A stretch of DNA of 64,000 nucleotides from Lytechinus pictus (taxonomy: Eukaryota): positions 13,332,001 to 13,396,000 of the forward strand of contig NC_087251.1 in assembly GCF_037042905.1 (NCBI RefSeq). Reading direction: 5' to 3'. The notes beneath the pieces were generated by a model, which made no database searches, had not been told where the DNA came from, and saw only the letters and a program-made list of their open reading frames with translations. Made by a program: the position numbers and the translations under genes. Positions 1 through 12,598 of this stretch are shown here, one piece after another. Each line of letters begins with the position of its first letter. Positions within the stretch are counted from its first letter, which is position 1.

Positions 1-236
1 TTGTCCCTCTCTTGAAAGAAGCTCCATGATGTTACAGAGATGGCATCTTTACAAAGCAACTCCTGCATAAATATGGCTCCAGTTGCAGAAATCCGGCACT
101 CGTAGCTGGAGTGCAACATGACAGCTTCCTGCATATGAGGCATGTTCAGAGAATACTCCACAGCCGATGGTTGCAGAAGGATGAAGAACAAAAACAGTAA
201 CCTGAATAGAACAAGAAGACAGCGTAGAGCAGCTTC
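1..236 (-). other. Proximal 3' UTR of the NCX gene (continues off the window)
   Basis: Immediately downstream of the TGA at 237-239. Confidence 0.8.
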
Positions 237-616
237 TCAGAAGCCCTCGATGAATCCGTAGGCTTCCAGACTGCAGAGAATCAAGTAGAGAAACCAAAGG
301 GAGACAAAGCACATTGAAGATATCAGTTTTGATTTTGCAGGACCTCCCAACTCACCGCGAATCATCGGCAGCTTCCGCCGTATCATGAGAGAGCAGATGG
401 CAAAGAGCGCAAACACGCTGAACACAGTCACAGAGAAACCCAGACTACCTGGGTCCACCTTAAATTGCTGGTTATGGACGGCGTGGTAAACAGCGGCAAT
501 AGTCCATGCTACACCGATACCTAAGAATACATTTACTGCGTTGCTTCCAGTAACATTGCCTACGCTGGCATCTGCATACTTGTCACCAACAGCTGCTGTT
601 TTGCTGGCAAATGTGT
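237..616 (-). CDS. NCX: NCX/SLC8A Na+/Ca2+ exchanger, last coding exon (second half of alpha-2 repeat and C-terminal TM segments)
   Basis: Acceptor ttttttgcag|AC, phase 1. Translates (D)TFASKTAAVGDKYADASVGNVTGSNAVNVFLGIGVAW...LWFLYLILCSLEAYGFIEGF*, the canonical NCX C-terminus. TGA at 237-239. Confidence 0.97.
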
Positions 617-880
617 CTGCAAAAAAGAGGACAGAACTTGGTATGAAGTTTCTTCATAAACACTTGAATTCTCAATCAACAAACCAACAACTACTAATTC
701 TACTTAAAATAACAATACTAATGAAAAAATCCAGGCATTGCTTCCTTTTTTAAAGCCATTTACATTCTATGAATTATGCCAAGCAAACACACATATTTTG
801 TAATGACAAATAATTTTGAATGCAATAAGTTTAGATGGGAAAGGTAACTGGAGGTAAATCTACCATAATTGGAGTCAGTA

Positions 881-1014
881 CGGGGAGTGTTTCATGAAAC
901 AAATTGTGATTTCACTGACAAATATGCTCTGAGCCAATCAGATGTAAGAAATCTGGTAGCTTATAAAATAAGTTGGTGAAAATCACTAACTTTTTGTTTC
1001 ATGACATGCTTCCC
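881..1014. mobile_element. Short MITE (GGGAGTGTTTCATG TIR family); second copy at about 28322-28458
   Basis: ggggagtgtttcatgaaac...gtttcatgacatgcttccc inverted ends. The internal 'tctgagccaatcag' is shared with the 28.3-kb copy. Confidence 0.65.
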
Positions 1015-1220
1015 TAGTTACCTTCATAATGTTGATCATGTCAAGAATATTTGTGCAAGAAGCCTGAGCATTGTCAATGACCAAGATCAATGTAGACTGA
1101 CCCAAGCTAATTACCATGCTAAATCCTTCCAACCTGGCCCTCATATTTAGATTGGGCTTGATCAAATTGGTCAGTTTGGCAGTGGGAACAGATCATATGT
1201 TAAGACATTTAAGCTCTTAC

Positions 1221-1487
1221 CTGGAACACTGGTACCAAGGGCTACAAAAGAGATGGCAGTGACAGTATCTTTGAGGTTGATGGTGCAACCAAAGTGTGAG
1301 GCAAGGTCAGTGATGATAGCCGTTAACCCAGCGATGACCAAGATGGCGGATGTAAAGCAAGCCCAACCACCCAGGTAGTCAGTGGGTGGTACAAACGCAA
1401 AGAGGATCTTCCAGAAGATGGTCAAGAAGTGCATGACATAGTCTCCACAGGATGGCAGCTTTTCTTCCCCATTTGCGTCATCATCGC
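1221..1487 (-). CDS. NCX: NCX exon (TM segments and first half of alpha-2 repeat)
   Basis: cctgtcag|GC...CCAG|gtaaga, 267 nt, phase 1-1. Translates GDDDANGEEKLPSCGDYVMHFLTIFWKILFAFVPPTDY...AISFVALGTSVP. Joined to the next exon it gives the GTSVPD signature. Confidence 0.97.
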
Positions 1488-3323
1488 CTGACAGGATATG
1501 GGCGTGTAAGAAAAGCAGTAACACAAAGAATTACTAACCAATTTTGAATTCTTATTTCAGAAATTGAAGTGCCTATAGTCTGCCTTAATTTGACCTTCCA
1601 TATCAAACGTCAAACAAATTCTGTGGTCCAAAGATATTTGACCTAGATACATTCACCTGTATTTTCATATTGGCTTGAATATACTCTGTATATGTACATT
1701 CCCACCTAGCAAATATATGAAGATTTAACTAGTATGTTAACAACTGTTAATATTTATATATTTGCTGCAACATTGTCTAAATTTAATGAGGAAAAACCAT
1801 CATTAAAGTTAGTAAGGTGGTTTATCTAATGGTGTAAGACTACTATATTTGTCCAATAAGTGCCCAGTTTTGACTAATTCAGTCTATAGATAATGAAGTT
1901 CTGTCAGATTTATGAGTATAATGTGGTGGTGACTGGCAACGTTATAGTCATGTTAAGGTTAAATCAAGATCTTTATGGTCTGAATTCACAAAGACTGTTA
2001 TGAATCAGTGGTATGAAACCATGGTTCATACAGATATCATACAGTAAGCCCACTATTGATGTGAATTAATTTACATAAAACAGTGGGCTCATTAAAGCTG
2101 TAACATTATTAACAAGTGTGATTTTAGTGCAATGTGACAAAAGTTCATTAATGGATGCTTTCTCATTATATGGTCTAAATACAGCTATATATACCAAACC
2201 TGTAGAGACTGGTTTCACACCAGGCATTCAAAACCACCTTTGGGAATATGGGCCAATGATTTTGGAAATTACTTCAGACTTCATCTTACAGTACAAATGA
2301 GAATAATCATTGCCTGCTTTGCTTCCCCCTTTTTCATAAAACCTTCACAAAACAAAGGGGATACAAAATCTTCTAAACATTGTTTTAGTCCAAAATAACA
2401 AAAACTCCCCATTGTTCTGAACATTCCAGGCCCACCCCCCCCCCCCCCACATTCAGCCTTTAAATTACTATTCTGCATAAAATATTCTTATCATCCCCAT
2501 TTGTAATAGTGTCTAGCAACATGGAGAAGTGTCAAAAGAAAGATAAATTGAATTTTTGTAAAAATATATAATATTCCTGATAATCATTAGGCCTACATTT
2601 TTGAGACAAATTGGCTTCATTTATGATTTCCCTTTTATATGGGGACGCACTATTAGAAATATAACCTCCGTGTTATCCTTCAGAAATGTAATAATTGCTA
2701 GCAGCTTTGAAGCTAACATCATACACCATGACAGTATCCTTTACAGTACTATTGTAATCTCCATAATCAATCCATTTTTCATGAGTGAATTATTTATCAT
2801 CTTCTTTCATCACAATATCCAATATCTATGATATTGTCAGACAATTCTGCTGCTGCAGTCACTAAAATAATAAGATTGAATATGATAAATCCAATGTTAC
2901 AAATCTGTGAACTCAATTATGTTCTGACGACTGGTTTTATGAAATGTACACAGGAAGCCTGCTCATAATTTGACTGGATCACAACAAACACATTTTTCTG
3001 GAAATGTAGATGAGTGGCAGGAAAGGGGATATTCTCCTGTTAATCAAGATTGCATTTTGTCATTGAAGTAATTTCTTTCCCCCCTCTCTCTCTCTCAACG
3101 CATACATTTACACATTTACATTTTCATGAACATCCCTCTTACATGTTATAATATGTGTTCTTAACTGATATTATATACAGAAGCATATAACTCTTTGAAA
3201 AAAATTGTGTATCATAAAAAAGTACATTAAAAACATGTTACTTTAATGCTAAAATGAGATTCATAACTAATTATTTTGCTGATGTCCACTCCGTAGTGAC
3301 CATCCAAGTATAGTTGTACATAC

Positions 3324-3423
3324 CTGCGCTTACAGTGAGGGCCTCGGCAAACTGCTCCCTCCATGAAGATGTCCCCACCATTAATGAGACATTGGTTTTC
3401 TTAATGAGTTTGTCAACAGTGTT
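3324..3423 (-). CDS. NCX: NCX exon (end of cytosolic loop)
   Basis: ttttcag|AAC...GCAG|gtatgt, 100 nt, phase 0-1. Translates NTVDKLIKKTNVSLMVGTSSWREQFAEALTVSA, matching the conserved NCX motif TVDKLIKKTN...SWREQF. Confidence 0.96.
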
Positions 3424-3683
3424 CTGAAAAGCAATCAAAATGAGACATTTCCAATTAAGTTAAGCCTAGCACAATGTGTGTATTCAAATAATGATCTATG
3501 AATACTTAAAGGTGGAGCGCCAAGGTGAAACCAACAGACAAGCGTAGATTAAAATCAAGCTATAATTACAAACTTCCAAAAATATGGAATAATTGTGTGA
3601 ACGTAACAAGTACCTCATAAAAAGCTGGTATCATGCCAAGTCGTAAAAGAGGCTTCTCTGCAAGGTTTCACAATGACACACTA

Positions 3684-4673
3684 CACTCCAAAAACAGTGA
3701 TGATAATACTGCACCACTGGTGTTTACACAGGTTCACACCAACCATTTTACACCAGTCTTGAATTTGGGGTGTTAGTTACACCTATTGGTGTTCTAACAC
3801 ATTCTACTTATTTATCTAATACTATTTGGTGTTATCATAAAACTACTAGCATATTTTAATACATGAGGACCTCTCACTCAGAACACTGACTGGTGTTCTT
3901 ATTAAAGCCAGGGTTACATCAAAACCGAATTTTCCTGAATAAATACGGATCGATTCTGCCATAAGACAGCCTGATTTGGATGGATTCAGAACCCATTTGT
4001 CTCTGACTTGAGGAATTCCCGGAATAGAGACAGATGGGTCCCGAAAAGGTCCCAATTCAGTGCAGAATCACCAAAAATTTACCTGCATCAAATTCGGCCA
4101 TCCTGAATAAAGCCGAATGCCACCCAAATAGTTGCAAGAATCAAGCCAAAGATGGCCAGAATCAAGCAAATGTGGCCTGATTGCTCCGATTACAGCTGAA
4201 TGACGACCTGAACATTGACCTGAATCGGAAACATGCGCCAAGATCAGACCGTTACTCCCCAAATAATACGAATAGGTCCGAATCTGCCAAGAATACTCTG
4301 CAAGCCTCCCCTTATCCAACCAAATGTAATCTGAATACATCCCGAATGTGGCCTGAATGGAATTTGTTGTGGACACATTCTTGAGTATTTTGGAGGGTAT
4401 TCGGCTGGTTAGAGCATTTTCATAATGAGCCGAATAACCTCCGCGAATGTTTCCGAATCCCTCCCAAATTTTCTCCCATTCGCAGAGGGAGAACAGAATA
4501 TTCCTGAATCTACCTGAAATCGTGTATTTGGATAGATTCAGAGCGAATGTTCCTAATTCTCTCCCGAATTTTCTCGCATTCGCGGAGGGAGAACAGAATA
4601 TATGTTTTCGGATAGATTCGCAGCTGATTCGGTTCCAGTGTAACCCAGGCATAACACCAAAGCTTTTACAGTG
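3684..4673. mobile_element. Degenerate CAC...GTG-ended MITE carrying a nested insertion
   Basis: ta|cactccaaaaa ... ttttacagtg|ta ends, with internal ggtgtt/aacacc repeats. Confidence 0.55.
3906..4651. mobile_element. PIF/Harbinger-like non-autonomous element
   Basis: TIR gccagggttacatcaaaaccgaat / attcggttccagtgtaacccaggc, TAA on both flanks. CpG-rich, many ccgaat motifs, and an internal ~55-bp duplication (about 4445-4500 and 4545-4600). Confidence 0.8.
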
Positions 4674-6345
4674 TAAATTCAATATGGACTAAGAGTGCTT
4701 GAGTGAAGCAAAACTGGAAGAATGTCAATGGCAACCATGCTTGTTTGTTCGATGTGAAAATCTTCAATATAATAGGACAATAACAATCAATATTTTTGAG
4801 CAATAACCTTCTCATTGATAATTTTAGTATACATATTGATATAACTTACAAAACATACAACTATCTGATGAGCTGTATATTACTATACAACTTTTGTGAA
4901 CATACATATCTAACAAAAGAATTATATTCTTACTTTCAGGGGCTACTTTCCGCAGCCTACTGCTTAAATCTGCAACATTGGATAAGCTTCAACATTGCAG
5001 TAAATGGGAATTTTCCATGGGGCTCTTTTATTACTTTTCCAGGGCTCTTTTTAACACATTGGGGCAAAATCCCCCCCCCCCCCCCCCCCCCGTGTGCAAT
5101 TGTTTCCCTGATACACATAGATTCAGTACTTATTATTTCAACAGATATTAATTTCTTTCACTTGCTACTTTTTAATTGTTGTATCAGCATTGTATACTAG
5201 GAAACAGTGACAGTTGACATCATGATGTTACAATTAATTGATTTGAGTCGACAAAGTATAATTTTAGCTAAAAAGACATCAATTCGTACATTTTATCACC
5301 TTTGAATTGTATGGTTTTAAAGCACAAAATTCTTTATACAGTCTATTTAATTATTCTAAAGAATATTTTGGGAAACTGTCTGATTCTATGGTTGCAACTC
5401 TGCTACTCCAAACATCTGACGAATAATAAGACAGTTCATCGTGTATTGCAGAACACAGGTTGTTAGTTGCACCCATTAACTGATTACATCCTAAATGGGC
5501 CGACTGAGAAGAGAGAAGAGAAATCAGAGCTATTTCGCAAAGCCTTATTTGGATGATGGAAAGAAGAGGTTACTTGATAGATAAGACAGGTCATACCATC
5601 AACACCAAGTAGCACTCCACATACATCATAGTTATCAAGATGAAGATAGTGATGCCCAATATATGGGCTACTCGAAGCATCAAAGGCCATCAAATCCTTT
5701 GGTTCTTAGAAATAACCCCTTAGAGTCTAATTATCTACAGTCCCCTATGCTTTCCTTCAATCTTGAAGCAGTGATGGCAAGATTTTAACAATAGATTCAG
5801 CAGTTTTATTCTTTTCTAAGTGCATTTTACTTCACTTCTGTAATATATTATCTGCAGATTAACTCTGAACATGCCACAGTTGCAAATTGGCAAAACATAA
5901 TAGATGTCTGTACTCTGAAGCCCAGTTTAATCCAAGTTCTGGTCTAAAGTGGTGTTATAATTATCGATCAAGCTAACAGAAGATGCCTTCAAGCTGAATA
6001 GACTCTTAAATCAGTCATTCTCAATAGTGTCCCTCTCTTTAACTAAATTCTTCAAAGACCTGTTATTTCATTTTTTGTTTGAACTGTGTATTTTTGCTGA
6101 CTCAACATCTTTTGGAACACATTATTGAAATATTACCCCATTTAATATTTTTTCATCATCTAATGACCCCGTTCCCTTTAGACATTGATTGGTTTGAGTA
6201 AGAATATATAAATAGAAACTTCCAGTACTATATTGCAAGCTCATCGACAAAATTCAAAATCAAGAGTTTCAAAGATTATTGAAAGTAATAGAAAAAAATA
6301 AAATCCTTCCAATGCATCCATCAACAAATATGCTTAATAAAAGTA

Positions 6346-6598
6346 GGCGCATCATGGTCTAGTGGTTCTGACTGTCGTCTTTCAGAGGGTCGTAGGTTCA
6401 CATCCTAGTTTTCCTTCAGCAAGTAATTTATCCGCTCTGTGCTGCACTTGACCCAGGTGAGGTGAATGGGTACCCAGCAGGATTAATTCCTTGCATGCAC
6501 TGAGCGCCGGTGATGGTAGCTCAAGCTAAAGCCGGGTAATAATAACAAGCGCTTTGTATTCTCAGGCAAAAAGCGCTATATAAATTGAGCTATTATTA
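6346..6598 (+). mobile_element. tRNA-derived SINE
   Basis: Box A-like tggtctagtgg, box B-like ggttcacatcc, central 'tgtgctgcacttgacccaggtgaggtgaatgggtacc', and a tattatta tail. Homologous to the copy at 44045. Confidence 0.85.
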
Positions 6599-7849
6599 GA
6601 TGTAGTTAATGATTCCTTGAGGATGAATCTACACCATCTAGATGCCTAAAATTGGTATAATTATTTCCCTTGACACTAACGAAACTCTGTTTCAGAACAT
6701 AATACAGATGTAGGTAGTTCAGAAATTATTTATAGATGGAATGAACGCTATACTCAACTTTCCACTGGATATGCATAAAGTATACTTTTTATTGCTGCCC
6801 TGTCATTACTAAATGAATTAGATGATTTAATTCAACTACACATAATACAATAAAAAGTCACTTTCAAATCTACATGTACTGACACATGAGCAATTTTCAT
6901 GACTCGCTTTTTCGTTTGGTTAAATTTCATAACATGACATATATGTTCATTATCTAAAAGGACAAAAAAAGGAGATTTATAGATTGTCTAGGATTGAAAT
7001 TTACAATAAAATTAGAAAACTCTTAAGGAATTCATATCCAATGGGGTAAAAACAAGCACAGTGATTAATATTTGGTATTATGAATGCATTATTCACTGTT
7101 ACCAAGAATCTTAGCAAATTTTGACACTTAGACATCTTTTTTTTTAACTTGCAAAAAGAGCAATGCATTCTCATTAGAAAGATTTACAGAAATAAAACCC
7201 GCCTCAAGTTACCACTTTATCACCAATGCCGTCAGCAGCGTGTTTCCTCCCCGCTATGCAAAATGATACATTTATCATGCATCTTTCATTACGGGAGCCA
7301 TAAATAACTATTATTCCTTCCAGAGCTTGTCTGTTAGTAGGTTATATTTACTCTGCCCATTGGCTCATGATAAATAATTACAGAAAATAGACTGCGCTGA
7401 AATAATATTTAAAAAACTACTGAAGGAGGCATTCAGATTTTTTCCTTGACTGCATATCAATGAACATTAGCTTCTTTCCCAAATACAAGACAAATAGTAC
7501 ATTTTTTCTATTTTTTATATGATTCATTGGTTAAACAAGGATCAATCAGTTGTTTCTTAAAATAAAAGACATCTTTTAGAAGAATTCCTAGAGTACTTGA
7601 TGAATAGTTGAATATTTCTGTACATCTTTAGTGAAAAGTAAAATTTCTATAATGTATTGATTTACACACTGCCTTTTTATACTTAAACTATAATTCAATC
7701 ATAACTGACTAATTCAAACAAGCACATCAATGATGTGGAGCTCATCCGGCATCTCACAACAAAAATGAACACAAATTGTTAATTTCAGCCCAGTTGACAC
7801 TGAAGTGAATTATATTGGTGACAATTGGTGACAATTGAGGAAATAGAAT

Positions 7850-8717
7850 AGAAATTGATGAAGAAATGACATAGAAGTATTTTTTGTGATTTATAAATAA
7901 ATTTCGTATAAATTAGCATAAATAGATTTCTGGTCAAAATGTCTAAATTCTGGGTAGAACCTTGGTGAACCCCATGTAGCTCTCAGATGGAACAAAAAAA
8001 TCAAAACAAGTCAACAAATTGATTTTGTGAATTTTGAAAAATATGCATAAATTAGCATATCTAAAGAGTTTTGAAATTCTGTGTTGAAATGTTTGTATAC
8101 CCACCTAGAGCTATCATATAAAGCAAACAAAATTAAAATTGATCAACAAATGAAGGAGAAAAAGCATTTTGTGTGATTAATGAATAAATTTTGCACAAAT
8201 TAGCATAATTTTCTAGTCAAAATTTCAAAATTCTGTGACCCTCACGTGGCTCTACCAGATAAAAAAAAAACCAAATTGGTCAACAAATAAAAAAGAGGCA
8301 TTTTCTCTGATTTATAAATAAATTTTGCATAAATTAGCATAAATAATTTCTAGTCAAAATTTCAAAATTCTGTGTACAAAATTGGTGAACCTCATGCAGT
8401 TCAACCAGATGGGGAAAAAATCAAAATGGGTCAACAATTACAGAAGCCTTTTTTTAATTAAATTTTTGAAAATACGCATTAATTAGCATTAAAAAATTTT
8501 CGTAAGAATTCTGTATAGAAATTTAGTGAACCAAAAAATCAAAATCGGTCAACAAATAAAGGAGGAAGAAGCATTTTTTGCGAATTTTGAAAAATGAGCA
8601 TAATTTAGCATATTTAATGAGTTTCAAATTCTGTGTAGAAGTTTTAAATCCCCCACCAAATGCTATCATATAAAAAATTATTCATTTTTAGCTCAACCTG
8701 CCCAAATGAGCTAAAAA
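7850..8717. repeat. Helentron/HINE-like element with degenerate ~135-bp internal tandem units
   Basis: Repeated gcataaattagcata / aaattctgtg / tcaacaaat blocks ending in the hairpin tttttagctca...tgagctaaaaa. Confidence 0.65.
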
Positions 8718-9358
8718 TATAAGTTTCAAAATGTATTCTCACTTTTATAGTCCTCATTTTTTTCTTACGTATTTTTTTTGGGGGGGAGCAATATGTTCAT
8801 GATTATTTTAAACTTATTTAGCGAACATGTTTTTTGGAAATAGTCAAATGGATACTTTTGACAGTCAAATCTTCCTTTGATTTTATTCATCTAATGCCTA
8901 ATTCTCCTTATTTGATGAAGACAGTGACGATTTTAGAAAAATGTATTTGTTTTCCAATATTTTTTCTAAAAAAGAAAGAAGGGATTTTTTTTAATGGTTG
9001 TGCTCAGGATGAGAATAAAATGTTTGTTTAAATAGTATCCCTACCTGAATAATAGTCTTGATATCAAAACTAAGTTTTCCTCGGTGGATTTAATACCTTT
9101 TGGCACCAAGCTCTGTACATATTTATAAAGTCCTATCCTCTTTCTGTCTGCACATACTCTGAAGACTCACCACACAGTTTGTCATTCTAATATAACATGT
9201 AAACAAGTACATTTCAACAGTTTGGTATTTCATCAATGTCACCTATTAGGATAGGCTTTTCACACTCCTATTACCAATGGGCAGATGTAGCAATCTTTAA
9301 GAAGGCGTGGGATGCTTGAACAAAAAAAAAACATGATGGGGTGTTAACTTGTTAAGAC

Positions 9359-9500
9359 CTGGGTCCTGTAACACAAAGGTTAACGATTAATCAAATGCTT
9401 GATTTTCATGATTAATTGTACATTGTAGTCAATGCAATAAATTGTAGATAAATGTTCAACAATTTTACAATAATTGCTAAGCTTTGTGCTACAGGCCCCT
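9359..9500. mobile_element. Short MITE (GGGCCC..TAACACAAAG TIR family); related copy at about 40953-41101
   Basis: gggtcctgtaacacaaagg ... ctttgtgctacaggcccc inverted termini. Confidence 0.7.
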
Positions 9501-11725
9501 GGTATCCCAAATTTTGGGAGAATTACATTCGTTTTTAATGATTAGATAAACAACTATGTCCAGTCAGAATCCCCGCTTTCAAACTAAAAAAAGATTAAGC
9601 CAACATGTGATTTGAAGGGAATTAAAATCATTGTTATGGCAGCCATGTTTTTGTTGTCTCATTGGTGATGTATCAATACTTTTGGATGAGAGTACTATTG
9701 TTTTCAACAATGTTGCATCACTGGCTTTGCTAGAAATAGTATCAGATGCAATAAGTGTTGCCTTTCATGTGTAATAATAATCATCCAAATTAACTTCATG
9801 TGCAAACAGTGTGCATAATTAACCTCTGCCCTTTTACAAGGTGATACCCCACCCCCTTTCACTCTTTCACTTTTTAGAGTGTAGTTGTTCAAACTTCAAG
9901 CAAATTTGTTTTTATACCACAACCATTTGGCCAAAACCAATGTTATTCAAAGGAGGTCCACATCCCGCATGCCTTCCTGGATATCCCTATGACTGCACCA
10001 TGTAAATTGGTTGAGTCATGCTGAATGAGCGTGATACAATCCATGTTCAAACACACCCCTCGTCACAAAATCTATGCAAATGTAGCATGCATGTTTCCTA
10101 TGCTTCATCTAATACGCTACTCTCTCTCTCGACAGCACATTGACATAAAAATCCTAACCATGGCAGTGAGTCTTACCTCTGATATTTGTATAAATGGATG
10201 GTGCGTGCCTACGTGTGGCAAGGCTTCCCTTTCTTACTTACCCTACTTCCTTTGCATTTCTTATTGAACATGAATTGATATTTAAGTGACTCATCGACTG
10301 ACGTCCAACCCTCGTCCATATTTTTATTCCATTTCTCATCATGCCTGCCCGCCCTTATAATGCGCCCCGCTCAATTTTAGACGTTCAGGGTTTAATAACA
10401 ATCCACTGAGAAAAGGAAATTTGATTTCACTTTTCATTATCCATGATGGGTGCCATGACTGTGGGAATATTCAACCCTGATGAGCTCATTCAAGAATTCT
10501 TTTAAATAATTCTTCTGTATCACTTTTGATGATGATTATTCTGCAAAAGATTGCATCAGTTCTGGATATGACCTAATTAGCCATGTGTATATTGGAATGC
10601 CCCTATTTTACACTTTAGAAATAAAAATATCATGAGCATTCCAAAACTTATTGCAATAAAATAAATGGCACTTCAAAACACTTATCAGTGCCCTGTAGTA
10701 TAACATGAATTAATTGTACAATTAATCATAAATTGTAAGCCTATGGCAATCTATGTTTAAAAATCTACAATCAATTGTAAATATCAAGCATATATATCTT
10801 GTTATTTCACCCCAAGATCTAACAATCGATAAGACAAAGTTTTCATGACATGTAAACAGATTCATCATAATTTAAAAGACACCACATTCACTTATACATT
10901 TAATGATATGAACCCCTAAAGATATTAAATCACCATAAATTCGGCCAACTTTATTACATTCATTATCACCTTTATGATCAATTTATTATGATATCCTGTT
11001 ATCTAAACATTACATTAGTCTTAGGATACTTGACTTAAGAAATGTTTCTGAAGTTTTTATGGTATTTTCATGACAACAGGAAAGCTGAAAGATGATCTAT
11101 GAAATTATTTTTCATCACAATTACATGGTAACAGAAGTTTTCAATTTGATTCTTGATGAAAACAAAATACATATGCTTAATCCAACACAGATTTGACATA
11201 GTTGTAAACCAGGCCCTAAAATGCCAATTCTACATGGAAATATATTAATAAAACAAAGAAATAAAAAAGAACAAAAACAATCTACAAAAGATATGCAAGC
11301 TTTACGAGATCACATAAATTCAATGGTGCTCAAATTGGCAAGTGGTATCAGCTAATCTTATGACTGATTTGGAGACAAAGACAAAGAATTTTGTCTGGTC
11401 AAGTAAGATTAAGATTATCATCAACAAACTGCTGTTAGACTGGCTAACAATTAAAACGATGTGAAACAATGTGAAAATCAGGGTTGTCTTCAAGAAATTC
11501 GGGTTTGTGTTTTGGTGTTAAAATTTGTGAGGAACTGTCCCAAATATCTATGGGTTTCATTCCTATATTTTAAATTTGAATGAATGCATTTTACTTTGTA
11601 CTGATATGAAATGCAGAAACGGTTTTGTGTCATTTAAATCTACTGTAGACCAACTCACTTTTGTGTATTCAAAATATGAATGATTGCAGCCCAAGTTTGT
11701 TAGGGTATTCAAAATTTAAATTCTT

Positions 11726-12024
11726 GCAGCTTAAGTTAATGCAGACATAGCTGTGTGTTTGGGTTTTCAAAATTTGAATGCTTGCAGCTAAAGTTAATGC
11801 AGACATAGCTATGTGTTTGGGTATTCAAAACTTGAATGCTTGCAGCTTAAGTTAATGCAGACATAGCTGTGTGTTTGGGTTTTCAAAATTTGAATGCTTG
11901 CAGCTTAAGTTAATGCAGACATAGCTGTGTGTTTGGGTATTCAAAATTTGAATGCTTGCAGCTTAAGTTAATGCAGACATAGCTGTGTGTTTGGGTATTC
12001 AAAATTTGAATGCTTGCAGCTTAA
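11726..12024. repeat. 58-bp minisatellite: five near-identical units within a degenerate array spanning about 11500-13450
   Basis: Unit gcagcttaagttaatgcagacatagctgtgtgtttgggtattcaaaatttgaatgctt starts at 11726, 11784, 11842, 11900 and 11958, with a partial unit at 12016. Confidence 0.95.
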
Positions 12025-12598
12025 AGGAGAATGAAACTCTTGGAGCAAGTTAGCTTTTGTGAAAGCAGAAAAATCAAAGAATAAGATCAACAAAACTTTG
12101 AGTAAAATAGGACTAGCAATAAAAGAGTTATGAGCATTTGAATGTCGAGATCACTAATGCTATGGAGATCCTCCTATTGGCAATGCGACCAAGATCTGTG
12201 ATGTCACACACGTACAACTCTCCCATTCGGACACTGAAAATATACCCCAAAACATCTCTTTTTGCTCATTCTAATCATATGACAAACGATTCATCAATGA
12301 TATAATGTTGTGAAACCTCTGTACTTGTCCTCTCATAAAGAGATCACCTCACCCTGTGATAGACTCTATAAAAGTGAGAATATAAGTACTAAAGTAATGA
12401 GGGAGTTGTACGTGTGTGACATCACAGATCTTGGTCGCATTGCCAATGGGAGGATCTACATGGCATTAGTGATCTCAATATTCAAATGCTCATAACTTTC
12501 TTATTATTCATTCAATCTTCCTCAAACTTTCAACAATATGTTACTTTGATTTTTCTCTTTGATATGGATTCAGCTGGTTTCAAGGGTTTCATTCTCCT
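12025..12598. mobile_element. TTAA-flanked palindromic MITE (Kolobok-like)
   Basis: ttaa|aggagaatgaaac...gtttcattctcct|ttaa, with long imperfect inverted arms (about 12124-12220 vs 12403-12497). Confidence 0.9.

Noticed and set aside
541..753. Plus-strand ORF overlapping the last NCX exon
   Set aside because: Antisense shadow of the coding exon, with a non-ATG start.
4068..4682. 204-aa ORF, the longest in the window
   Set aside because: Lies within a repetitive TIR element, has no recognisable domain and no splice context.
5484..5693. Protein-like 69-aa ORF as an alternative NCX exon
   Set aside because: Nearby acceptors read into stops in the required phase 0, and there is no homology.
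11726..12024. CRISPR-like array
   Set aside because: Head-to-tail units with no unique spacers, no cas genes, and a eukaryotic intron context.
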